In this document: piece after piece, positions 54,114 through 64,000 of the stretch
Layout: the number at the start of each line of letters is the position of its first letter
Position numbering within the stretch: the stretch's first letter is position 1
Assembly: GCF_032062105.1 (NCBI RefSeq)
Contig: NW_026940997.1
Location: 806,001 to 870,000, forward strand
From: Saccostrea cucullata
Taxonomy: Eukaryota
Length of the DNA: 64,000 nucleotides
Direction of reading: 5' to 3'
Notes under the pieces: generated by a model
Seen by the model: only the letters and a program-made list of their open reading frames with translations
What the model was told of the DNA's origin: nothing
The model's database searches: none
Program-made: the position numbers and the translations under genes

Positions 54114-57100
54114 TCAATTATTGTTGTTTTCTTTCTCAAAGTATACAAAGTCCTGAAAACAAAAAAAAAAACAACAATACAGATAGAATGCATTCAGTGA
54201 TTCATAATGCATATTCTGGTCATTTTTGATAATTTGTCTTACCACAAGAAAAATGGCCCCAAAAAGCAAAGCTTTGCTTGAAACAGCCATGTCTAATGGA
54301 ACTGTAGGTAAAAAGAAGAAGCAATGATTCCATCCATCAGTTTTGTTAATGTATATATGCGGGTATAGCGAATTCACTAACTCTATACACATCATATATA
54401 CACTGTAATATTAATAGCTAGAGTTAACTCATCCCTGCAATATGAATCTTGTCTAAAAGTCTCAAGTTCTCTTCATGCAATGGGCTGGTACGAATATAAT
54501 TTACTAATTACTAGTAGTAATAAGAAGCGATTGAATACATACATGTGACTCCAAATGTATCGGCATCAGTGAACATTTCACGTCCACATCCGGCCCAGCG
54601 CTTAAACATCCGGCCCAAAACATTTTGCTCCGTCAAGTCCGTAATCTATAAACGGCATGAAGAATAACAGATGAAGAATAATAAAACTCTTCATATGGCT
54701 TACCAATATTTCTTCTATATACAGTTCAAAAATACACATCTTTCTGATAACTTACAGGAAAGTCAATGTCATCTGTGCAACATATATTCTGGCATCCCCA
54801 GCAACACGGTCCACGGATGACGTACATTGGTTGCCGGTTGGCGTCAAAAACGCGAATATGAGGTTTCCATTTTGAAGTTCTGCAAATTACAAGGGATAAA
54901 GCAGTCCAGTATTTCGTACCCGCATTAAACATGTACATGTATGTGAGAAGGTTATTTGCAACCTTATATCTAGCTAAACTCACTGCTGTTTGGCATAACC
55001 GATGATATTTCCGACTGGAGCCTCGATCTGGACTTCATAACCACAGGAAGAGTCGGTTGCACACCAGCAACATCCAACACAGCAGACGAAGTCATGACGG
55101 ACCCGCATCACCTCCTTAAAGTATCAAATATTTACTGCATGTACTTACTCTGTGTGGAAGTTTCCAGTACAACCCCCCCCCCCCCCCCGAGCTTTCCTTT
55201 AAAAGGAGGGTAATGGCCAGCATTCATTTCATAGAGACAAAAACATATAAAATATAATTTAAATGAGCGGAATTACTTTAGAGAAATTTTAAAAGCTGAA
55301 ACTATTGAATGCCAATGTTCCCTCAATCTGGTAATGCCTTTTAACTTGAAGTTGTCAGGACTAAGTTTAAAGGTTTGTAGGTAGTTGAATATAAAAAAGT
55401 AATTTAGGTGTTAATAAAGCCCACCGATAAATTTTCTTGTCTAGTTAGTATGGAGGCCTACCCCCTCCCCCCACTTCTCTGCAAAGATAGACATAATGTA
55501 TAGAAATTGAGTATCAGGCCATAGGTTAAGCCCCTCCCCCCCCCTTTCAACAAGCACCTTGCAGAGTAGTTAGGGAAAGTGGTTGTGTTTGAAATTTGCT
55601 TCCGACGCCAATGCTATTATACTCTCTTGCAGAACTGCAGATGCAAAAAGCATCTTACATGTTACGTATAGTTTGACCAGAAATCCAAACCTTCTCACCT
55701 GACCATTATTATCTGTGACGTGCATAACGTATTCCCTGTTTGGTCCACAGCATTGTCTGCCGCAAAAGTCGGATTCTGTTCATGTAAAATAACAAATTTT
55801 ACTTTGAGTCGTAACTGATGAAGATCTCAAAATTTTCCTGATATGTCACAGGTTATTTTCGACAGACGCTATCATGGAATAATATTAAAATATAAGCGAG
55901 ACAAATTTTCCATTTTGTGTGTGTAGGGGTGGATGGGGTATATAATCTACGCTAATACAATAGTTTACGAGATAAAACTTTCACAAAGAAGGATCTCTAA
56001 TAATTCTGTAATTGAGCGAAAATTACTAGTAAATTCTTGTGAATAAAAACTTAACCTTCTTGGGCGAAGTAGCACTGCTGTCCCACGCTGTTCATTACGT
56101 CATACTTATTCCTCGTCTCAAAACCAGTAATAACTGTAATTAAGAAAAATCACATTTACAACTCGTAATATATCATGAATTGAAACCCTTTAGGTGTCTT
56201 TCATAAAGCTAGGTATGAGCACATTTCTCTTTTAAGCCCCACCTTTGTGAACTGAAAGACAAAAAATATAAAGCAGTGGATCTACTTTACAGATCTGCGC
56301 TTTCCTTGACATCAATGTAAATTATGTAAAATAAGTGCTCATGACCTAAGAATTGAAAAAGGCAGATATGAATCTGTAAAAAATAATGCTGGTCAAAGAA
56401 TCCCCTTAGATAGAAACAAAAGAATATGTTTAATGTGTAACCAAAACAATATAGAAGATGAATATCATTTTCTTACTGAATGCCCATTATATACTGAGGA
56501 GAGAGATAAATTTTTTCGTGATATCTCATTACTAAACAAAAGTTTCATATTATTATCAAAAGGAGACAAATTTCTCTGGTTAATGTCTAATGAAGATAAT
56601 CTAATTATTACAAAGCTAAGTGAATATCTTGTCAAAGCCTTCAAAATAAGGCATAATGCCATGAGTTTTCATAAATAATGTTATAGACACATATTTATTT
56701 GTAAACTGGTATATATGTATATTGATAATATTGATTTTGATTGCATGTTAATTAACAATTTGATAACCCCAACTGCTGCATCTACATGTCCAGTTACTTG
56801 TAATATTATATCAGATATATACATGTGTGTGTATGTGTGTTTATGTTTGTATATGTTTACTATAACCTTTCTTTTAGAACTTTCTATCTTGTCATTGTAA
56901 GAAACCTTTATGCCTTCTGGGCCCAAAATTGGAAATAAAATTATCTTATCTTATCTTATCTTATCTTATGTATTATTTCCCTTGCATAACTACCGGGCCC
57001 GGTACACTTTTAAAAACTTCTTTCACTTATTTATATTATTAATTACCCAAATCACGCACCATCCTATTCATGAACTACATGAACACTATTTCTCTATTCA

Positions 57101-59828
57101 CGCCTAAATTTTACAAACATCTTATTCAATATAAAGCATTTTGGTCATTAAAATTTATTTGAATGCAAAGAAATGTTCATTAGTTATAGATCTGTTAACT
57201 TAAAACATGCGCCAAAAAGTTCATTGCCTTTTTAACAACTCTTTTCCTAGGTATCAGTTTAAATAAGGCTTTAAAACATTACTACTTTTTCAAATATACA
57301 TGGAAATGCATAATGACTCTTACATCTTTCCGTATATATGTTTAGCTTTAGGAAAAATTCAATGTTTAAGATTAATACAACACTTTTTAATTTTTTCATG
57401 TTGTTTGAAAATCGATAATTACACACTCTCTAGTAATTCTATCCGCTGTTTCACAATGATCTGGTCCAAAGCTGACAAATAATCCATCCCCGGGGGTCCA
57501 CCACCCGCCACAGACTCGGGGTTGTTCATCCATTCCACTCCTGGAATGACATAAGAAAAAAATTATTAATTAAAGGTGATCATGCTATCATAAGCCTTAG
57601 AAGGTGATCATGCTATCATAAGTCTTGGACCATTTACCCACTTTCCAGCATCGGTCAATTAACTACCTTTCACTCCATAATTCTAGACACATTATTTAAC
57701 TAATCTGTATATTTTAGCCATCTACCTACCCTTTATAGTCGTCTCTACAAGTGATAAACTCGCTTGGTTAAAATCATGTGTTCGATTGCTGAATATTCAC
57801 TTCAAGCGAGTTTGCCTGTAGAGACAACTATAAATGGTTGGGAGGTGGATAAAATATACATATTGGCTACAAAATGTGTCTAGAATTAGGGAGTGAAAGA
57901 TAGTTGATTGACCAATGCTAGAAAGTGGAAAAATTCTCCCCAAAAGTGCGCAAAAAAATTGCGCCATAAATTGCACCTTTCTGCATTAAGGGATCTGTAC
58001 TAGCGTTATGGTCAAAGACAAATATATAAAACCATAACGCTACAGATCTGCAGCTAACCGAATGTTGTTTAGAAAGCATAATATCGTAAGTATCTGTTTA
58101 CGTCAGAGGTCAAGGTTGAGAGTTGGGGGTGGGGTATAAAGGGGCATAGAAAAAGTCAGAAATAAAGTTTGAACTCACCTTGTCTGGGCGCGGAGGGGCT
58201 TATAAAACACAACAAGAGGCCCACAGGCCTTATAGGTCACCTGAATATCAAGTAACAACTTTCCAACAATTGAAGTTGGTTCGTGTTTTAAACCAGAGGC
58301 CGTGAAATTCACAATTTTGGAGGAGGCACCACTTGCTTATCATAACTATACACTTAGCATGCTTACTTTGGTTACTTAATACCCCACGATAGATCAGAGT
58401 AATAAAGAGAAAATGCATTTCCACTTCATAACAAGTTGTTCACCCCACCCCACTGACCATGGGGCCACAAATTTCAAAATTTTGGAAATTTTATCATTTA
58501 TTTTCTTTCATCATAAATGGTTGATTAATACCAAAGAGCAGATTTCAAAGCATTAATTTATTTTCAGACCATGTACCCCCTCTCCCCGATACCCCTGACC
58601 CAGGGGCCCTGAAATTAACCATTTTGCAAGATGTACCTTAATGTCTTCATCATAAATAAATATACTACTAGTACTTAGATCATTGGCATAATACTCTGGA
58701 GGAAAGGAGAAGAATTTCTAAGAATTCGTGCATTTTCACTATATAATCATTAGAGCCCTGCCCTAACACCGGAACCCCGACTCAGGGGCCATGAAATTCA
58801 CAATTTTGGAAGAGGCATCCTTCCTCATCATAACTATGTATATAGTTCATTGGTTTAAGGACAGACGAGACGTTCCTTAATAATAGATAAATTTTTCTAA
58901 GAGTTTGACATTGAAGTATTGCTACTTAAACATGTTTACTCACAAAAAATTGAGATACCTTACCAGGCATTTCTGCAAGATACCAGCGGTAGTTTTTCTT
59001 ATATAATCCTTTGGGGAAGAAAAATAATTTTTTAATTTTAAATATTTAAGTGTTTGGATTTATTAAAAACGTTTAGAAACTGGTTTAGAAATCAGAATGT
59101 TATTAAAATTTTGAATATTTTTCATACATTACGAAGATATACAAAACAAATGTTGAGGAACGTCTCGTCTGACCTTAATACGCAGGAGCAGAGAAGAAGA
59201 TTTTTATAAGAATTAATGCATTTCCACTATATAGAGCCCCGCCCTAAGCCCCTAACACCAGAACCCCTGACCCTGTGGCCATGAATTTCACAATTTTCAA
59301 AGAGGCACTCTTGGTCATCATAACTATGTACTTAGTTATCTTGTTTAATACCCAGGCACAGATTTTCAAAGAAACAATACACTTTTACTATATGATCTAT
59401 ATAGCCTTACCCAAACACCATAACCCCTAACCCTGAGGCCATGCATTTCATAATTTTGATAGAGGGTTCACTGCTTATTGCAATCATGCCAACAGTTTGA
59501 CTGCTTGATGTGCAGGGGTGAAGAAGAAGATTTTTAAGTATTGCATATTTTTGGTGGTTTTAGCCTATCCCCTCAGGCCCAGGGGACAGGAAAAGTGAAA
59601 TTCACAAATTTTGTTCCCCTTTACCCATAGATGCTGTATACCAAAGTTGGTTGAAATTGGTTCAGTGGTTCCAGAGAAGAAGCTAAACATGTTTACGAAC
59701 GACGTAGGACGATGGACGAAAACAGATACAAGTAGCAATGGGTCACCTGAGTTGACCTAATAATAAAGCTTGAACTCACCTTGTCTAGGCTGCATCTGAA
59801 TAGGTTGCCACGGCTGCTGAGTCGCCAT
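54114..59828 (-). CDS. Phospholipid scramblase (PLSCR family), 257 aa
   Basis: Coding exons (minus) 59828-59780, 57540-57427, 56133-56056, 55775-55699, 55114-54984, 54879-54756, 54645-54543, 54301-54243, 54152-54114 = 774 nt. Motifs PPGMDYLSALDQIIVKQRIELLE, GFETRNKY, Cys clusters, DADTFGVTFPLD, KALLFGAIFLVDFVYFE. Possible 5'UTR exon donor near 61920. Confidence 0.93.
56322..56972 (+). mobile_element. 5'-truncated non-LTR retrotransposon (RTE-X-like 3' end), antisense in a scramblase intron
   Basis: ORF2 C-terminal zinc-finger-like region HDLRIEKGRY...RICLMC..IEDEYHFLTECPLY, stop at 56678, 3'UTR, AATAAA then (TTATC)n tail; possible TSD TTATGTA at 56322-56328 and 56966-56972. The clade assignment is from memory of the motif. 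Confidence 0.85.
57638..57928. mobile_element. Foldback MITE-like element, ~130-bp arms
   Basis: CCACTTTCCAGCATCGGTCAAT...AAACTCGCTTG vs CAAGCGAGTTT...ATTGACCAATGCTAGAAAGTGG; followed by an Academ-like end (AGATCTGCAGCTA, ~58056). Confidence 0.8.
58211..59763 (-). mobile_element. HINE-type element with irregular tandem monomers
   Basis: Minus-strand 3' end CAGGTGACC...AGGCCTGTGGGCCTCTTGTT, GTCC-type microsatellite near 59700, repeated GAAATTCACAATTTTGG monomers. Confidence 0.75.
58859..59174. mobile_element. Kolobok-type MITE (TTAA TSD) nested in the HINE
   Basis: TTAA|GGACAGACGAGACGTTCCT ... AGGAACGTCTCGTCTGACC|TTAA. Confidence 0.88.
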
Positions 59829-60398
59829 TTTTAAATTCTATACCTACAAATTATAGACAATTAAGTGCAATCAATTCAGCTAATTTTAAGACACAATTGG
59901 CCCAAGGTCATTACGCTCACCCGAATCACTCAGATCCCGCTGTACTTAATCAGCAGATTTCCCCCGTTTGTGTACCTACATGTATGTATGTAAAACTCGA
60001 TTTAAACAAACATGAACCTACATCTGCCGAGGATGTCTTCATATAAAAATGACTGATAATTGCTTTGCTGTTCTAGAGAAGTTTTTTGTATTATATTCAC
60101 ATTTAGAACTTTTGCTCCCCATCATATCTAATTGTTCTACCTCTGGAAACATGCTTTCAATAAGCTTAAATTTACACTAAATCGTGAAGTTTTCACACGT
60201 TTCTTAATTTCTGACCAAGTGGGTCAAACTCCAAGGTCAATGTCAAAAAGTTAATACCCTTAGAAAAGTCTTGTCATAAAAAAAAACACATGAAGTAGAA
60301 AACCCAGAGCAACAAGAGTTCTTCAGTTATGGTCAAGGTTAAAGTTTGACAAAAAACGCTTTTAAAAGTGAGTAAAATGTTAAGGTCTAGGTGACAGG

Positions 60399-60471
60399 CA
60401 TCGCCGGATACCCACGGGTGATCTCATCTTTACTCATCACGTTATAAGTAAAGACGAGATCACCGGCGTTG
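60399..60471. mobile_element. 73-bp hairpin mini-element with imperfect 9-bp TSD
   Basis: CATCGCCGG...CCGGCGTTG ends; inner 18-bp arms 60417-60434 / 60447-60464; GGTGACAGG (60390-60398) and GGTGAAAGG (60472-60480) flanks. Confidence 0.65.
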
Positions 60472-63400
60472 GGTGAAAGGTCAAATTTTTTAATGCCCAA
60501 AAGGAAGGTCTTGTCACAAGGAATACGTATGTGAAATATGAAAGTCACAGTTCCAACCAATAAAAACTTTAGTGCAAATTTAATGTTTTTGCGGACAAAC
60601 AGCTAGACAGACAAGCGGACAGAAAACGGACGGATAGAAAAAATCATAGATCCCCGTATCTTTGATTACGGGGACATAAAAATGAAAAAAAAAAGTTAGG
60701 AGGATATGACGTAACATTTTTTCTAGTATCTATAAGCCTGAAATTCTTTATTATGGTCGCAAGAATTAATGAGCCATTTTATTCCTTTTATCGATTTTTT
60801 AAAACTTTAAAGACCTTAGTTCCGTGTTAAGTTTTAACAAATTGAACGCTTATTATTCCCTAGTGCTTTAATGGCACTAGCTCGAGATACCCGTATTTAT
60901 TCATCTCCGTGTTTCTCATATAAATCGTTGATCAAATATGTACGGCTAAATTATAAATCCATTTTTATTAGCAAGTATTATTCATTCAATCAATGAATAC
61001 ACACATACGTACATCCAAATTGGATGCACACATGAGTATATGCACTTTCAAAATACTTTTGAAAAATTTTAATCTCGCATAACTTAATTTTGAACAATCA
61101 GTGCAAGGGCTTTAATATTTCACATGTTTACTAGAATTTATTATAACAAGGCGTTCCCCTGGATATCTTAAATTTGACCCTCTGGCCTCGATCTTCGAGT
61201 TTGACCCACTTCAAAAAACTTTAATCTTGGACGCCATAACTTTTGAATGGCTAGTGTCTGGGCTTTAATATTATTGAGACATGTTCTATGTCATCTCTTC
61301 ACCTGGAGTTTATTTTGAATTTGACAAGCATTAACATTCGTCCATAGCTGCTATACGGTGCCATCCGTATTTTACAAACACATTTTTTCTTGATTGCTTC
61401 TCAAACATATTGGTCATTTTCAATGTTTGTTCGTCTCCATGAACTAAAGAATAGTTTTTGCTTCTTTTAAATAAACATGAAATTTACTCAGTAAAGTTTT
61501 TTTTTTAAATATTCCAGACCTATACTACAAAAAGCACACTGGATAATTTAGATAATTTTGTTTTTAGTTTTAGAAAGTAACACAACCAACAGTTTTAATC
61601 TTTCAAATTCAAAAAGATCTATTAAGATGTCTATAACCCATGATATTTCAAACTATCTTAATATAAAAAGCCAGAAAAATATTCAAAATCTAGAAAAACA
61701 CATTCTTTTTAAAAGATTTTTTTTTATTTTTAATTTTTACATTCCTTTAAAATTTGTCAAAAGTGCTTTCTGGATCTTTGCTCCTAAATTCACTCGACGT
61801 TTCATTCTAACCAAATTGAAAAGATTCTTAACCGATTAATGCTTGGATTCTAAGTTTAAAAAAAAACATTGAAAGAGTAAAAATTTATACATAAGATTTT
61901 CTGATACATGTAAGACATACCTTTTGGAGTAACAGCTAGGAGTCCTGTGTACAGAATGTGCTTACAGTCTACAGAACTTCGATCTGTTTCAGTTATTTCA
62001 AAATTTGTTAATGTTCAAACCATGGGCATGGTGACTTAAGCCGATTGATATATTTGGTATATCTAAAGCGTTAACAAACAGAAATGGTCGCTTTATCCGT
62101 TCTAATAATGGAGATTCTATATACACGTATACTTGTGTAGTAAAAAAAATGTGGTCATTTAAACTTCTGGACAATATTTCTCCTTCTTTAGTTTGGCATT
62201 TAAAGACAACCAACTGTCCAACTGCTTTACTAAATATAAGCGTTTAAACAGCCATCATTAATCAACTTATGTATTAATCGGAAGACTGAATGTGCATGTG
62301 TGTGCAGTTGATAGTAGAAAAGTCCGTTGTAACATAAATTGTTAAGCCAGCAATGATCGTGTGAAAAGTAATAGTGTCATTTATTAAAGAGACAGTATGG
62401 CGCATCTCATCAAAAGCAGACTTGGTAAAAATTTCCGATAAGATTTGGAATATTTTTAAATTCTCATAAATGTACACACTTTCACAAAATTAAAAGTTTC
62501 ATAAGTAAATAATTCTGATTAAAAAAACAGCTCTGCATCAGCCACAATTATAAAACGAAACAATACATGAAGGAAAAACAACATTTTTTTTTTCATTTTG
62601 TTCATAGTGTAATACAAACCACAATTTCAACAATTCTAGAAACAAATTTGCAAAATAAAAAACAATTGGTCGCTAAATTGGAATTTTCTGTAGATGAGGT
62701 TAAAATAGAGGTGTAAACATTTTTTTTTTTTTGAAAATGATGAAAATAACAATGTTTTCGCAAATGGTGAAAATACATGTAACAATTTTCAGTAAAATGA
62801 ATAAGGTTAGCCGCATAAAATTTATTTTTTTAATTCAAAGGTTAATAGTGTTGCAATTTAAAGTAACAAAAAATTCTATTGACTGATAATGATGTTAGCA
62901 GAAAGGTAGAATTTTGAACGCAATTTCTGAATATTTTGAAAAATTATTAATCACATCACTTACAACCCAAAAAGTGCCTGAAATATTGACCAATCCAGAC
63001 ATCCAATTTTTTAGCTTATATCATGTATCCTTAAACATAAAATAAGTTTAATATACTGAGCAAATTTAAGACAAATCAATGTTAAAAACTAAATTAACAT
63101 AAAAATAAACTGGTGATCTTTCACTTTTAGATTGAACTCCCCTAGCAAAAAGGGTCTTACTCCTTCAAGGGACATGGAACTGTTGTATTGATGTTTTGTT
63201 TGCAATTTGATTTTTTTTTCTTTTAATTAAAATAAGGGTAAGGTTAGTAAACTGAATTGAATTGACATGCAAATTCTTGGAATTCATTTTGTGTGTCAGT
63301 CAAACACGTACCGAAATATTTAGTTTCAATAATTATTAAAAGGAAGTTTCTAAATGTGCTTATATGTATACATGTAATATTTCTGACTGAAATTTTCTAG

Positions 63401-63836
63401 CAACATGTAAGTCATGTATATACAAAAATTTTAATAAAATACATGTATTCACTTCAAATCTGTGTTCAAGCCTCTGAATTCAATGTTGAGCCAGCATAAG
63501 TAAAAAATATGGATGCAATGTTTCTAAATACAGTAAATTAAGGGAATGTAAAATAAAAAATTGTCTGCTAAATAAATCCTTTTCATTTTTCTTCAAGATT
63601 GCTTCACTTTAAGTGAAAATAAAACAAATGTAACAAAAATAAAAATATAAAATGTATGGAGGTTACTAAAATGTCAATGAATATCACAAAGTATAAAAAT
63701 AAATATAATATATCGATAAAAATGGTTACAATTTTCTTCTTGGTTTGTCTTCTGTTTCATTTGTAAGTAATAGCAGTGGTACCCCTCCTCTGAATATAAA
63801 TTAATATAAACCCTGTATAGTTCTTTCATTTCTTTT

Positions 63837-64000
63837 TTAATTGTTGTTGTTCTTTTGTTGCTCGTAGTAGAGGAAATCCTATAAGAATATGAAAACATGT
63901 CAATAATTTAAGAGTAAATGGATCATGAGTTGAATATGGTCAACCAGGAATGGAACAAGACTTACCACAAGAAAGAGAGATCCAAACAACATGGCTTTGT
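63837..64000 (-). CDS. Second phospholipid scramblase paralog, last two coding exons (partial)
   Basis: Exon >64000-63966 encodes KAMLFGSLFLV; exon 63878-63837 encodes DFLYYEQQKNNNN*. Same splice phase and sequence pattern as the end of the 54114-59828 gene. Missed by the ORF track. Confidence 0.85.

Noticed and set aside
56433-56678. Nested host gene in a scramblase intron
   Set aside because: It is the 3' fragment of a LINE ORF2 with a tandem-repeat tail.

Overview
AT-rich, intron-rich animal genomic DNA, not prokaryotic. The repeat landscape (Helentron-type HINE elements carrying a 166-bp Cg170/HindIII-like satellite, Meta-domain tRNA SINEs) points to a bivalve, most likely an oyster; this is an inference. 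Five spliced genes were assembled by hand with GT-AG junctions and consistent phases: a 5'-truncated CYP2-clan cytochrome P450 (+, <1-4056); a complete GALNT7-type polypeptide GalNAc transferase (-, 12 coding exons, 619 aa); a RIN/Sprint-type SH2-VPS9-RA Rab5 GEF (+, 16 coding exons, about 1343 aa); a phospholipid scramblase (-, 9 coding exons, 257 aa); and the last two exons of a tandem scramblase paralog at the right edge. Introns and intergenic DNA are packed with nested non-autonomous elements (HINEs; hAT-, Kolobok-, Academ- and TA-targeting MITEs; SINEs; a LINE 3' fragment). Five observations stand out. (i) A HINE whose repeat monomer carries a perfect AGGTCAnnnTGACCT palindrome, with 9 perfect copies in 1.2 kb. 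(ii) A second HINE family whose monomer carries an RFX X-box. (iii) A 2.75-kb non-coding TIR element with 11 copies of a 15-bp motif. (iv) An 11-copy 45-bp minisatellite built from the P450's own last codons and stop codon. (v) A possible upstream ORF in frame with RIN. I found no evidence for a novel protein-coding system; most short ORFs in the supplied track are spurious.
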